The position numbers and the translations under genes are program-made. Positions 27,244-38,117 of a DNA stretch of 64,000 bases are shown here, piece by piece. This stretch comes from Elainellaceae cyanobacterium (GTDB lineage Bacteria; Cyanobacteriota; Cyanobacteriia; CAZCXK01): contig JBNPEB010000009.1 in assembly GCA_051117335.1 (NCBI GenBank), positions 138,058-202,057 of the forward strand, in the 5' to 3' direction. Within the stretch, counting starts at the first letter, position 1. Every line of letters begins with the position of its first letter. Below the pieces are notes generated by a model. That model saw only the letters and a list, made by a program, of their open reading frames with translations, did no database searches and was not told where the DNA came from.

Positions 27244-28279
27244 GTTGAACTCCCAATCCTGGTAAATCGTTTGGTTGCAGTCGCCCGCCTTGAAGAGTTG
27301 CCCCGATAAACGGGTCATCTGCCAAGTTGAGATGGCTATCTAAGTCAAGGTGGGTGGCAAATGAAGCGAGTTGAGCGGCTGCCGTGTTGGCTAAACCACT
27401 ATCTGAATAGCAGCCAAACATGAGTTGCAAATCGTGAGCTTGAGCCGTGTGAATCATCCGCCTCGCTTCTGACAGCCCCCCCGACTTCATCAACTTAATA
27501 TTGATGCCGTGTACTCGACCTGCCAGCCTGGGAATGTCTCGGCTGGTGAAACAGCTCTCGTCTACAAAGATTGGCAGCGGAGATTCGCGATAGAGCTGGG
27601 GCAAATCGTCGTCCTGACCTGGGGGTAGAGGCTGTTCGATATAGGTGATTCCTTGATCGGCTAACCAAAAGCTCATGGTCAGCGCGTCACCCAAACTCCA
27701 TCCCCCATTTGCGTCAATGCTAAATTTTGCGTGGGTCGGCGCGATCGCCTGTACAGCTTTCAACATAGACTGGTCGGCTTCAATGCCCGCTGGATTACCC
27801 AACTTTACCTTAACGGCTTGCACCTCTGTAGATTGTAGCCAGTGACGCATTCGCACTTGAGCGGCGTCGGGTGAGCTAATGCCAACGGTGACGGAGGTGG
27901 GTCCGATGCGATCGCGATCGCATCCCCAGAGTTTCCAGAGTGGTACATTCAACCGTTTACCAATCCAATCGTGAATGGCTACATCTAGAGCTGCTCGTGC
28001 AGCAGACGGAATTGACCGATGGTTTAGCAAATCGTTAAGCGGCTGCTGATCATAGGGGGTGAGAGATTTTAACGGCGGCGCAAGCTGCATGAGACTCGTG
28101 GCGATCGCCTCAGTGGTTTGGGGTGGGCTTCCGACCGAAAATGGAGAGGCTTCTCCCCATCCTTCAATGCCATCGTGTTCGAGTCGCAGCCAAACGTTGG
28201 TGCTCTTACTGCTTGTGCCACGACTGATGGTGAGGGCAAACCGTTTATGAACGGTAAAGGTCTGCACCTGAATTTGCAT
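27230..28279 (-). CDS. Enolase-superfamily dipeptide epimerase / N-acyl amino acid racemase-like (DgcA-like)
   Basis: KVKLG, IDANGGW and YIEQPL metal-ligand motifs typical of the MR/MLE subgroup. Confidence 0.75.
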   Translation of the reverse strand: MQIQVQTFTVHKRFALTISRGTSSKSTNVWLRLEHDGIEGWGEASPFSVGSPPQTTEAIATSLMQLAPPLKSLTPYDQQPLNDLLNHRSIPSAARAALDVAIHDWIGKRLNVPLWKLWGCDRDRIGPTSVTVGISSPDAAQVRMRHWLQSTEVQAVKVKLGNPAGIEADQSMLKAVQAIAPTHAKFSIDANGGWSLGDALTMSFWLADQGITYIEQPLPPGQDDDLPQLYRESPLPIFVDESCFTSRDIPRLAGRVHGINIKLMKSGGLSEARRMIHTAQAHDLQLMFGCYSDSGLANTAAAQLASFATHLDLDSHLNLADDPFIGATLQGGRLQPNDLPGLGVQRAEG

Positions 28280-28353
28280 AAGTTAGTACTACTGGCTAGG
28301 GTTGTAATTGGATATCTCTAGCAAGTTACCATCTGGATCTCGAATGTAGAAGG

Positions 28354-30297
28354 CTATTGGGAACTCAGCGCTGCGCTAGAGGTCAGTCCTGACGGATTAC
28401 TTTTCTGTCGTTCTCGAATTTCTAGATACACAAGCAGAGCGTTCACATCGGCAGGATTGACCCCCCCAATTCGGGAAGCTTGCCCGATTGTGAGCGGACG
28501 AATGCTGGTCAGCTTTTCGCGCGACTCTTTGGACAGCGTATCGATAGCGGCATAGTCCAAATCGGCTGAGAGAGGGCGATTTGCTTGACGAGCAATTTGA
28601 TCAATTTGGTTTTGTTGCCGCTGAATATATCCAGAATATTTGATGTCAATTTCTGCCCCGTCTCGTTCATCCCGACTGAGATTAGGATGACTCAACGCAT
28701 AGCGATCGAGGTCGGCATAGTGAAATCCTGGACGACGCAGCAGGTCGGCCAACGTGATTGAACCTTTAATTTTCTGCCCGGTATCTGCCGTGATTTTTTG
28801 TCCGATTTCGTCATGTTCTTTGACGCGGCTTTCGTATAGCCTTTCTTTCTCAGCCGCGATATTGGCTTGCTTCTGCTGGAAAATCCCCCAACGGCGATCG
28901 CCAATTAAACCAATCTCACGACCGAGGGGGGTGAGTCGCTGGTCGGCATTATCAGAACGCAACAACAGCCGATATTCTGACCGGGAGGTGAGCATGCGAT
29001 AGGGCTCTCGCAAATCTTTGGTACACAGGTCGTCAATCAAGGTGCCAATATAGCTTTGCTCGCGCGGGAAGACCAGCATTGGCTGTCCCCGGACGAAACG
29101 AACGGCGTTAATACCCGCAACGATGCCTTGTGCAGCGGCTTCTTCATACCCTGTGGTGCCGTTAATTTGCCCTGCACTAAACAGCCCTTCTATGTTTTTA
29201 GTCATCAATGTGGGATAACACTGTGTCGCAGGCAAGTAGTCATATTCAACCGCGTAGGCTGGACGCATCATGCGGCAGTTTTCTAAGCCAGGGAGCGATC
29301 GCAACATTTGAAGCTGCAACGATTCAGGAAGCCCCGTCGAAAACCCTTGAATGTAAAGTTCTGGAATGTCTCGACCTTCTGGCTCAATAAAGATTTGATG
29401 CGATTCTTTATCGGCAAATCGCACAATCTTGTCTTCGATGCTGGGGCAATAGCGCGGACCTTTCGCATCCACCCATCCCCCATATACAGGAGATAGATGC
29501 AGATTATCTCGAATCAATCGATGCGTTTCTGCGGTTGTGCGCGTCAGGTAGCAGTTCATTTGCTCGCGTTCAACCCATACGTCTGGATCGAAGCTAAACC
29601 AGCGCACGTCATCATCAGGCGGTTGCGGCTCTAGCTTGCTGTAGTCAACGGTGCGTTTATCAACTCGTGCTGGCGTTCCGGTTTTCAGTCGTCCGGTTTC
29701 AAACCCCATGCGATTCAGCGTTTCTGTGAGCCCAACCGCGGCAAATTCTCCGGCTCGTCCGGCGGGCATTGACTTGTTGCCTACCCAAATAATGCCGCCG
29801 AGAAATGTCCCGGTCGTCAGAATCACAGCTTTGCACTCAAACGCCACGCCAAAATAAGTTTGAACGCCGATGATCTCATCGTTTTTGCCGAGAACTAAAT
29901 CTGTCGCCATTGCCTCTCGAATCACGAGATTTTCCTGGTTCTCGACGATGCCGCGCATAACTCGCGAATATTCTCGTTTGTCTGTCTGTGCGCGTAGCGC
30001 CCACACTGCCGGGCCTCGCGACAGATTCAGCACTCGCTTTTGGAGGTAAGTGCGATCAGCCATTTTGCCGATTTCACCCCCCAACGCGTCGACTTCATGG
30101 GTCAGTTGTGATTTGGCAGGAGCCCCAACTGCTGGGTTGCAGGGTTGCCACGCAATTTTGTCGAGGTTGAGAGTCAGCATCAAGGTGCGGCAGCCAAGAC
30201 GAGCGGATGCAAGTGCTGCCTCGCAGCCAGAATGTCCGGCACCGACCACAACGACATCAAAATAGTCTTGAAATTCGGCAGGCATTTGCACAGTCAT
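28354..30297 (-). CDS. mnmG: tRNA uridine 5-carboxymethylaminomethyl modification enzyme MnmG (GidA)
   Basis: FAD-binding [22 protein letters not shown]; 647 aa; conserved throughout. Confidence 0.95.
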   Translation of the reverse strand: MTVQMPAEFQDYFDVVVVGAGHSGCEAALASARLGCRTLMLTLNLDKIAWQPCNPAVGAPAKSQLTHEVDALGGEIGKMADRTYLQKRVLNLSRGPAVWALRAQTDKREYSRVMRGIVENQENLVIREAMATDLVLGKNDEIIGVQTYFGVAFECKAVILTTGTFLGGIIWVGNKSMPAGRAGEFAAVGLTETLNRMGFETGRLKTGTPARVDKRTVDYSKLEPQPPDDDVRWFSFDPDVWVEREQMNCYLTRTTAETHRLIRDNLHLSPVYGGWVDAKGPRYCPSIEDKIVRFADKESHQIFIEPEGRDIPELYIQGFSTGLPESLQLQMLRSLPGLENCRMMRPAYAVEYDYLPATQCYPTLMTKNIEGLFSAGQINGTTGYEEAAAQGIVAGINAVRFVRGQPMLVFPREQSYIGTLIDDLCTKDLREPYRMLTSRSEYRLLLRSDNADQRLTPLGREIGLIGDRRWGIFQQKQANIAAEKERLYESRVKEHDEIGQKITADTGQKIKGSITLADLLRRPGFHYADLDRYALSHPNLSRDERDGAEIDIKYSGYIQRQQNQIDQIARQANRPLSADLDYAAIDTLSKESREKLTSIRPLTIGQASRIGGVNPADVNALLVYLEIRERQKSNPSGLTSSAALSSQ

Positions 30298-30943
30298 AGT
30301 GATTGGGACGCTTGGAGAACCGTATCTTAAATTTTAACGGGTCGTTGACCTGCACAACTTTTAGTGTGTTTGTCGGCTCGTTGCCTATAGGATTATCCTT
30401 TAGATCTTGTAGTGGTACGACACAGCTAAAATGGTGCATTAGGTAGGGTGCCGTTAGCGCAGCGCAACGCACCGGTTTCAAGAGTTTCAGCCCTTTAAGA
30501 ATTTGCACTATTTTAGGCATGTCACAACACTACCAACGATACGCCGTGAACGTCCTTCAAACTCCAATTCGTTTGTTTTTAGAACCATTGCTTTGTTTTG
30601 AGGGGGCGATCGCATTCAATAATGGGTTAATCGAATCGAGTAACGGATTGATTTGGCTACACCAGATCTTGAATGGCATTGAGCAGCCGTTTCACCTGTT
30701 TATCCCATGTCCAATCTTGCATAAACTGAGCGGCTGCAATCCCCCGTTGACGGGCTTGCTCTCGATTGTGGTAGATGGCAAGGTTTGCGTAAGTCGCATA
30801 CGTGTAATGACACGAGAGGATATTCCCGACGGGGTGCGTTACGCTGGCGCTAACGGCACTACGTGAACTGATGTGTCATTACATGTAGGATTTAGGAGCA
30901 AATCTCCGTTTGACGTTGGGCGAGCCGTCCGCCCGGGTGAATT

Positions 30944-32377
30944 ATGGTGCTTGTGATCGCAGGAGAACGCAGTGGCGTGGGTAAGACCACCGTAACCCTT
31001 GCACTTCTTGCCTATTTACGGTTTTCTTCTACCGTTTCAAAGTCTGCCAAAATTCAATCTTTTAAAGTGGGACCTGATTACATTGATCCCATGTTTCATC
31101 GGCATGTGACTGGGCAGCCCTGTCGAAATCTTGACCCTGTGCTGACATCTGAAGACTATATTCGGCAATGCTTTGAAACCCATCGGCACACTGCCGACTT
31201 CGCGCTGATCGAAGGAGTGATGGGGTTATTTGACGGCGCTAGCGGTGAACATGACTGGGCAAGCACGGCTCATATAGCTCGACTGCTCGACGTGCCGATT
31301 GTATTGGTGCTCGACTGTAGCCGACTATCTCGTTCGATTACAGCCTTGGTGCATGGCTATACCACCTTCGATACGCGGCTCAAATTTGCTGGCATTATTC
31401 TCAATCGAGTCGGGAGCGATCGCCACCTTGACCTGCTCAAATCTTCTCTGGCATCTCAAAGCCTCCCGATTTTAGGAATTCTCAGACGACGCGACGATAT
31501 TGCCCTTCCGAGTCGTCATTTGGGACTGATCCCCACTGACGAACTTCCCGAACTAGATGCCCGCATTCACCGACTCGCCACGCTCGCTGAAACCTGGTTC
31601 GACTGGTCTTCACTGCTGCCTCAACTTAGCACCCAAACTCCTCCCTACTCCTCCTTATCCCCTCATCCCCTCATCCACCCTCTCCCTCATCCACCCTCCC
31701 CCCCCTCTACTCCCACACTCCCGCACTCCCCCAAACTTGCCGTCGCCTACGACCCAGCATTCAACTTCTACTACGCCGACAATTTTGATTTGCTGATCCA
31801 ACGTGGAGCCGAGCTAGTCTTCTGGAGTCCGCTTTGCGATCAGGAATTACCAGACGGCATCAGCGGGCTTTATTTGGGTGGGGGGTTTCCTGAGATGTTT
31901 GCTGTACAGCTCGCCAATAATCAGGCGGCTAAAGAAGCGGTGAAGCTAGCGGTGAACAGCGGCATGCCTACCTATGCGGAATGTGGCGGATTGATGTATC
32001 TGTGCGATCGCCTCATCGACTTTTCCGAGCAATCATGGTCAATGGTAGGCATCATTTCTCTCTGTGTCCGCATGGGGAAACGATTGACCTTGGGCTATCG
32101 GCAGGCTGTGGCATATCACGATACCCCGTTGATGACTCGTGGGGATGTCGTCTGGGGACACGAGTTTCATCGGTCTGTCTTGGAGGTGGCGTCTCCCCAT
32201 CCGGTCTATGAGATTCGAGGATATGACGCTCAGATGCCTGCTCGGTTAGACGGATGGCGATCGCACCAGCTCCATGCATCTTATGTTCATCTTCACTGGG
32301 GCAGCCGTCCAGATATTCCAACTCGGTTTGTGCAAGCATGTCGAGAGTTTGCCAAACAGCACGATATCTCATCCTAA
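30944..32377 (+). CDS. cbiA: Cobyrinate a,c-diamide synthase with an internal Pro/Ser-rich low-complexity insertion
   Basis: N-terminal ATPase IAGERSGVGKTTVTLAL; C-terminal glutamine amidotransferase domain (ECGG); CT-rich insertion at nt ~31630-31740 (PPYSSLSPHPLIHPLPHPPSPPSTPTLPHSP). Confidence 0.85.
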   Translation: MVLVIAGERSGVGKTTVTLALLAYLRFSSTVSKSAKIQSFKVGPDYIDPMFHRHVTGQPCRNLDPVLTSEDYIRQCFETHRHTADFALIEGVMGLFDGASGEHDWASTAHIARLLDVPIVLVLDCSRLSRSITALVHGYTTFDTRLKFAGIILNRVGSDRHLDLLKSSLASQSLPILGILRRRDDIALPSRHLGLIPTDELPELDARIHRLATLAETWFDWSSLLPQLSTQTPPYSSLSPHPLIHPLPHPPSPPSTPTLPHSPKLAVAYDPAFNFYYADNFDLLIQRGAELVFWSPLCDQELPDGISGLYLGGGFPEMFAVQLANNQAAKEAVKLAVNSGMPTYAECGGLMYLCDRLIDFSEQSWSMVGIISLCVRMGKRLTLGYRQAVAYHDTPLMTRGDVVWGHEFHRSVLEVASPHPVYEIRGYDAQMPARLDGWRSHQLHASYVHLHWGSRPDIPTRFVQACREFAKQHDISS

Positions 32378-32534
32378 GCAGCGTGCTTCGCTATCCTCGA
32401 TGAGCACATTGCCCAGAAACTCGGCGTTCTCGACTTGGCACCACACCGTTACACAAACTGCAACTCCAAATCTATGACGCGCTTACGCGGCCATAATCGG
32501 GCTAGCTTGCCCAATGAGAGGAGGAACTATTGCC

Positions 32535-33473
32535 ATGTCGGGTTTTGCTCGTATCCAACTCCAGTCTATTCTGATGGCTAGTGTGCTTGGGAGCATGCTG
32601 GTGGGTTGTTCTGCATCGATGCGCCAGCTCCAATCATCGGTTGACCAAGCTGATATATCAGCCACCGAAGAAGCGGCGATCGCACCCGAGGTCAATCAAA
32701 ATCAGGCACCGGGCGCATCCAATCAAGTTGAGTCAACAGCCGACGTGCCGCGATCGCGCCCTCAATTAATCAAGCAGGCTGAATTAGCGCTACGGGTAGA
32801 GTCAGTTGAGCAGAGTATCGAGCAAGCAACGGCGATCGCCCAGCAACAGCAAGGAGAGGTTGTGCAATTGCGGAATCAGCGTCCGTCCCGTGCGTCAGAT
32901 CCTCAGACCGCATCACTTACTCTCCGCGTTCCTCAAGCCAACCTTGATGCTGCCCTGACAGCGCTCTCTGATTTAGGTCAGGTTCAGCAGCAAACAATTA
33001 CAACTGAAGATGTGTCTAATCAACTCGTGGATTATCAGGCTCGCTTACGCAACCTACGCAAGCAAGAAGAATTGCTTCTTGACATTATGGAGCGCTCAGG
33101 TAGCGTTGGTGATGTGCTACAGGTCGCCCGAGAACTGAGCAGCGTGCGCTCAACCATTGAACAGATCGATGCTCAGCTGAGCGATTTGCAAAGCCGTGTC
33201 GCGTATTCGACCATCAACCTCAGCCTAGAGGGGGCGATCGCCCGCCATGATTCTGAGCTGAAATTAACCCAACAGCTTCAAAACACCTGGATACACTCAA
33301 CCCGCTCGGTTGGTGACTTCACCGTTGACTTGATGCAACTTGGCATTTGGCTGATGGTCTATAGTCCCTACTGGCTTCTGCTGGGTGGATGTGGCATATT
33401 CGCTCATTTAGGACTCAAACGCCTCAACAACGCCAGTCACATTGATGCCGGTCACATTCGTCATGAAGAATAA
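32535..33473 (+). CDS. Secreted/lipoprotein-like coiled-coil protein with C-terminal TM (DUF4349-like)
   Basis: ATG 32535; signal peptide with lipobox LVGCSAS; long coiled-coil; C-terminal hydrophobic helices. Confidence 0.5.
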   Translation: MSGFARIQLQSILMASVLGSMLVGCSASMRQLQSSVDQADISATEEAAIAPEVNQNQAPGASNQVESTADVPRSRPQLIKQAELALRVESVEQSIEQATAIAQQQQGEVVQLRNQRPSRASDPQTASLTLRVPQANLDAALTALSDLGQVQQQTITTEDVSNQLVDYQARLRNLRKQEELLLDIMERSGSVGDVLQVARELSSVRSTIEQIDAQLSDLQSRVAYSTINLSLEGAIARHDSELKLTQQLQNTWIHSTRSVGDFTVDLMQLGIWLMVYSPYWLLLGGCGIFAHLGLKRLNNASHIDAGHIRHEE

Positions 33474-33487
33474 ATCAATATCAATCC

Positions 33488-33853
33488 CTAAAATTCTTCA
33501 TCATCGCTGTAGCCAGACATCGAAGCTTCGTTATCACGCTTAGACCCCAATAAATCCAAGCGTTCAACCCGGATGACGGGTTTAGATCGCTGGGCACCAG
33601 TCGTTCGGTCTTGCCAATGGTCGAGCTTCAAAGAGCCACTAATGCCAATCAGACTGCCCTTTCGAACATAATTTGCCGCAATCTCAGCCGTTTTTCCCCA
33701 AATTTCTAAATTAAACCAGTCAGGCTCATCTGTATTCCGCCGCCGCCGATCGACTGCAAGCGTAAGATTACAGACCACACTGCCCGATTCAAAATACTTT
33801 ACATCAGGATCTCGGCCCGCACGACCCACCAAGTTAACAACATTTAATCCCAT
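33488..33853 (-). CDS. ssb: Single-stranded DNA-binding protein
   Basis: OB-fold N-terminus MGLNVVNLVGRAGRDPDVKYFESGSVV..NLTLAV; acidic C-terminal tail DDEEF. Confidence 0.85.
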   Translation of the reverse strand: MGLNVVNLVGRAGRDPDVKYFESGSVVCNLTLAVDRRRRNTDEPDWFNLEIWGKTAEIAANYVRKGSLIGISGSLKLDHWQDRTTGAQRSKPVIRVERLDLLGSKRDNEASMSGYSDDEEF

Positions 33854-34213
33854 AATTTCTGAATAAGATGCCTCAGTTTCTTCCCATCAATTTATTCTAA
33901 AGGTGGCATTTGACAAACGACATTTGTAAACCTGTTGCATGTAACAAAATATCTCGAATACATGGCAGGCTAATGATTTGAGATGGAACAGATTCTTCTA
34001 GCAATTCGTCCTGATGGGCATTGATTTGTCCGGAATGACAGCTAATAGCGCATGATTTCTAAATTCGACTTGGTAGTGCCATCCTGACTAGACTCAGGAA
34101 AAAAAACATAATAGAATCCTCATCGACTCCGTTTTAGTCATTTTTTTCGTTACGACCGAATTTAGAGTCATACAACCATTCCAGCCGTTGGGGGAATAAA
34201 GCTCGTGGGCTTC

Positions 34214-35251
34214 ATGAATCGCTTCTCGTTTTCTCGTGATATGGGTATCGATTTAGGTACCGCAAATACATTGGTGTATGTCTCTGGCAAGGGCATTGTT
34301 CTGCAAGAACCCTCTGTTGTGGCAATGGATGAAGGAGAAAAAGTGCCGCTAGCAGTCGGTGAAGATGCCAAGAAGATGCTCGGACGCACACCCGGAAATG
34401 TAGTGGCGCTTCGCCCTCTGCGAGATGGTGTCATTGCTGATTTTGATACGGCAGAGATCATGCTGAAGCATTTTATCCGCCGAGTGCATGAAGGACGAAC
34501 GCTTGTCTCTCCGCGGATTGTCATTGGCATCCCGAGTGGGGTGACAGGCGTCGAGCGCCGAGCGGTTGAAGATGCTGCCAGAGAAGCAGGTGCTCGCGAG
34601 GTTCACCTCATCGATGAGCCTGTGGCAGCTGCGATTGGGGCTGGGCTCCCCGTTGCAGAACCAACCGGCAATATGATTATCGATATCGGCGGGGGCACCA
34701 CTGAAGTCGCAGTTCTTAGTCTTCAGGGAACCGTACTCAGTGAATCGGTTCGGGTCGCGGGTGATGAACTCAATGAAGCGCTCACTCAATACATGAAGAA
34801 GGTGCATAATCTCGTCATTGGTGAGAGGACGGCTGAAGAAATCAAAATCACGATCGGATCTGCCTACCCTCTCGATAGCGATGATGAGATCATCATGGAT
34901 GTGCGCGGATTGCATCTATTATCGGGTCTACCCAGAACGGTGACTGTTAAGTCTCCAGAAATGCGAGAAGCGATGTCAGAACCTCTCTCTGTAATCATCG
35001 AAGCGGTCAAACGAACGCTCGAGCGCACTCCTCCTGAATTGGCTGCCGATATTATCGATCGGGGCATTATGCTGGCAGGCGGGGGAGCCCTTCTCAAGGG
35101 CCTAGATACTCTAATCAGTCATGAAACGGGGATTGTCGTTCACGTTGCGGCTGATCCCCTAAGCTGCGTTGTGTTAGGAACGGGACGCGTTCTGGAGAAC
35201 TTTAAGCAGCTTGATCGCGTCTTTAACACAGGGCGGACACGTAACTACTAA
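34214..35251 (+). CDS. mreB: Rod shape-determining protein MreB
   Basis: Actin-fold motifs [13 protein letters not shown] and [11 protein letters not shown]. Confidence 0.95.
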   Translation: MNRFSFSRDMGIDLGTANTLVYVSGKGIVLQEPSVVAMDEGEKVPLAVGEDAKKMLGRTPGNVVALRPLRDGVIADFDTAEIMLKHFIRRVHEGRTLVSPRIVIGIPSGVTGVERRAVEDAAREAGAREVHLIDEPVAAAIGAGLPVAEPTGNMIIDIGGGTTEVAVLSLQGTVLSESVRVAGDELNEALTQYMKKVHNLVIGERTAEEIKITIGSAYPLDSDDEIIMDVRGLHLLSGLPRTVTVKSPEMREAMSEPLSVIIEAVKRTLERTPPELAADIIDRGIMLAGGGALLKGLDTLISHETGIVVHVAADPLSCVVLGTGRVLENFKQLDRVFNTGRTRNY

Positions 35252-35450
35252 TTGTGTTGAGTTCGTGAGGACGGGCGATCGCCGTACATCGTCAAGTGTT
35301 GAAATTAGCACTAGAAACGTTCGTTTCTTCAACTCGCTTGGGCGAGAGACACTGTGCTCAAATGTACTGTTGACATGATCAATGCGTTGAGTCAGTCTTT
35401 GTAGACGATCATTTGCATGGTAGGCTGATTTTAAGGATTCCATGGCTTGA

Positions 35451-36230
35451 ATGTACACATTACGTCGTTGGTGGGATCGGTACGGAATACGAATTGGGCT
35501 AATTTGCCTCGCCATTGGCGCAGCGTGGGCGTTGCGTCAGACGCGAGCATCTTTAGTTTTAGAGATTTATCGAGGGGTGTCTTATCCCTTTCAGTCAGGT
35601 CCAAGTCAGGAAGACGTATTAGACACCGCCCAAGTTCTTGAACTTCAGCAAAGACTTGTTGAATTAGAGAGCCAGAATCAAGAACTTCGTGAATTGTTGG
35701 GGTACATTGCTGAGCGTCCCGGTGACGGCATTGTTGCATCTATTATTGGGCGTAGTGCCGACCATTGGTGGCAACAAGTCACGTTAGGCCGTGGTAGTCG
35801 GGATGGAATCAAGGTTGGTTCTGTCGTTTCGGGAACGGGAGGTTTGGTTGGGAGAGTGATTCAGGTGACTCCAAATACGAGTCGCGTGTTGCTAATTAGT
35901 GATCCAACGAGTCAAGTTGGAGTGGCAATTAGCCGTTCTCGATCCATGGGATACATGCGCGGACAGTCAGCCAATCGCGCTGTCATGGAGTTTTTTGATA
36001 AAGTTCCCGACGTTCGACCCGGAGACGCTGTTTCAACGTCGTCATTTAGTCAACTTTTTCCTGCTGGTTTACCGGTTGGCACGGTAGAGTCAATTAACCT
36101 TAATAAGAGCCCTGCACCTGAAGCCATCATTGAGTTGTCTGCACCTATCAGCTTTTTAGAATGGGTCATCGTGTATCCGGGGCGGTCGGCACCTCTGTCT
36201 GGAGAACCGTTGCAAAGTCCTCAACCTTGA
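35451..36230 (+). CDS. mreC: Rod shape-determining protein MreC
   Basis: Position directly after mreB; N-terminal TM then coiled-coil (LELQQRLVELESQNQELRELL) then beta-rich domain. Confidence 0.85.
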   Translation: MYTLRRWWDRYGIRIGLICLAIGAAWALRQTRASLVLEIYRGVSYPFQSGPSQEDVLDTAQVLELQQRLVELESQNQELRELLGYIAERPGDGIVASIIGRSADHWWQQVTLGRGSRDGIKVGSVVSGTGGLVGRVIQVTPNTSRVLLISDPTSQVGVAISRSRSMGYMRGQSANRAVMEFFDKVPDVRPGDAVSTSSFSQLFPAGLPVGTVESINLNKSPAPEAIIELSAPISFLEWVIVYPGRSAPLSGEPLQSPQP

Positions 36231-36304
36231 TGTCTGATCTCAAATACCCAAATACGTTCGACAGAGATAGATTAATCCTGATTCGTCATGGAGAAGATTG
36301 ACGA

Positions 36305-36877
36305 ATGATAAGTATACTCAATCTCAATCCCGGCATCCGGCAAATTCTAAATTGGATAGTGACGATCGCCTCGCTGTTAGTATGTCTTCTAGTTTTACCG
36401 GCCCGCTTGCCGGGAATGCAATTACTAGGTGTAGGCCCCAACTGGTTACTAATCTGGGTAGTCGCTTGGAGTGTCAAACGGACTGCATTTCAAGGGGCGA
36501 TCGCTGGATTGTGTCTTGGCTTTATCCAAGATGGGATGACCTATCCCTATCCCACCCATGCCATCAGTCTTGCTATTGCAGGTTTTCTGACTGCCCGCAT
36601 CCAAAAACAAAAATATATTCAAGAAGATTTTATTTCAGTTGCCCTGATCGTATTTGGTATGGCAGTGTTGGTCGAGACGGTCACTGCCATCCAATTTAGT
36701 GTGCAGATTTTCTTCGGAAACGTGCAGAATTTATACTTGGTCTTAACTGAAACTTGGCTCCATCATCAACAGATTGCCCTAAGTTCGGCAATTTTGAGTA
36801 GCCTCTGGGCACCCGTTGTTTACTATCCACTCAACCGCTGGTGGGAACAGTTTAATGCGACCGAGCCTCAATCTTGA
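36305..36877 (+). CDS. mreD: Rod shape-determining protein MreD
   Basis: Position after mreC; polytopic membrane protein, 190 aa. Confidence 0.75.
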   Translation: MISILNLNPGIRQILNWIVTIASLLVCLLVLPARLPGMQLLGVGPNWLLIWVVAWSVKRTAFQGAIAGLCLGFIQDGMTYPYPTHAISLAIAGFLTARIQKQKYIQEDFISVALIVFGMAVLVETVTAIQFSVQIFFGNVQNLYLVLTETWLHHQQIALSSAILSSLWAPVVYYPLNRWWEQFNATEPQS

Positions 36878-36976
36878 CGCTCATCTAAGACAGAAAACCA
36901 AAGGACAGAAAACCAAAGGCACGCAAAGTGTCTCACATCTTATGTCTTTAGGATCCTGCGTTATCTTACCGGGTGA

Positions 36977-38107
36977 TCAGTCCCAAAGCCGCCGTCGTTT
37001 AGATCCGTTGAGGCGCTGATGGGCATCGTTTAATAGCGATGGGATATCGAGATTTTCGGGGCAGCGCGGCAGGCAATCACCACATTCTGTACAGCGATCG
37101 CCCTTGTTTCCTGGAAACCAATGTCCCGCATTTTCAAACATGCCATATCGGTATTGACCAAACGCGGTCATGTCATATGCGATCGCCAGGTTTCGAAGTC
37201 TCAGTACTTCGGGTATATGAATCGATTCAGGGCATGGCAGACATTCGTAGCATTGGCTGCACCGTTCAGTCCCTAAGGCATTGACGGGGTGCTGCTGCAG
37301 ACGTTTTAGCACCGTGTCTTCGTCCGGAGTGAGCAGGTCGACAGAATTTGCAACATTGAGAGGGCAATCTAGTTCATCAGGATGAGCGGCTCCGATGCTA
37401 AGCGTAGTAATGCGCGGATCGCTGAGAAGAAACCGATAATTTAGCTCTAACGGAGAAAAAGGAGCGCAGAGCTGCGTGAGTAACTTCGGGGGGGCGTATA
37501 GCATTCCTCCTTTGTCAGCAGGAGAAATAATAAAAATTCCCATATCGTTTTGGGAGGCACGCTCGATAGCTTCGGCATTGCGCTGAAAAAAGTATGTGTA
37601 ATGAAGATTAATAAACTCAAATCGATCGGTGGCGATCGCCCGTAAGATAATCTCTAGAGGAGCATGGGTCGAAAACCCCACATGACGAATTCGACCATCC
37701 TCAAGAGCCGCATCGACCGCGTTCATGCAGCCATTTGGATCTTCGATCAGAGCCAGGTGTTCCCAAGTATTGACGCCATGCAGCGCGAGACAGTCTAGGT
37801 AATCGATTCCCAATGCAGCCAGAGACTGATCGAGGCTACGAGCCATAGAGTCTGCATCGGGTGTAGGTTGAATCTTAGAAGTGATAAAAAGTCGAGAACG
37901 AGGCGCTCCTACCCCAGATCGGAGAGCTGCGCCCAAGTAATCCTCGCTCTTCCCATATCCTCTAGCAGTTTCGAGGTGATTGATTCCGAAGGTTAAGGCA
38001 CGCTCTATGGTGAGTCGGGCATTTTCTTCAGACTCTAGATAGCGCATAGTTCCTAAAGAAAAGACCGACATGTTGATGTCGGTTTTGCCAAAGCGACGAT
38101 ATCGCAT
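36977..38107 (-). CDS. Aldo/keto reductase with C-terminal Cys-rich (4Fe-4S-like) extension
   Basis: AKR N-terminus MRYRRFGKTDINMSVFSLGTMRY ... ARGYG; C-terminal CSQCYECLPCP and CTECGDCLPRCP motifs. Confidence 0.8.
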   Translation of the reverse strand: MRYRRFGKTDINMSVFSLGTMRYLESEENARLTIERALTFGINHLETARGYGKSEDYLGAALRSGVGAPRSRLFITSKIQPTPDADSMARSLDQSLAALGIDYLDCLALHGVNTWEHLALIEDPNGCMNAVDAALEDGRIRHVGFSTHAPLEIILRAIATDRFEFINLHYTYFFQRNAEAIERASQNDMGIFIISPADKGGMLYAPPKLLTQLCAPFSPLELNYRFLLSDPRITTLSIGAAHPDELDCPLNVANSVDLLTPDEDTVLKRLQQHPVNALGTERCSQCYECLPCPESIHIPEVLRLRNLAIAYDMTAFGQYRYGMFENAGHWFPGNKGDRCTECGDCLPRCPENLDIPSLLNDAHQRLNGSKRRRLWD

Positions 38108-38117
38108 AAATCAAATG

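Noticed and set aside
30519-30866. 115-aa ORF between mnmG and cbiA
   Set aside because: Intergenic leader region, no RBS, no motif, and it overlaps the inverted repeat that may be a leader structure
30700-30943. Cobalamin riboswitch upstream of cbiA
   Set aside because: Only a generic inverted repeat was seen; no B12-box-like core recognised by eye, so kept as a low-interest finding rather than a feature
31557-31796. Proline-rich 79-aa ORF in an alternative frame of cbiA
   Set aside because: Artefact of the CT-rich tract; the cbiA frame is continuous through it
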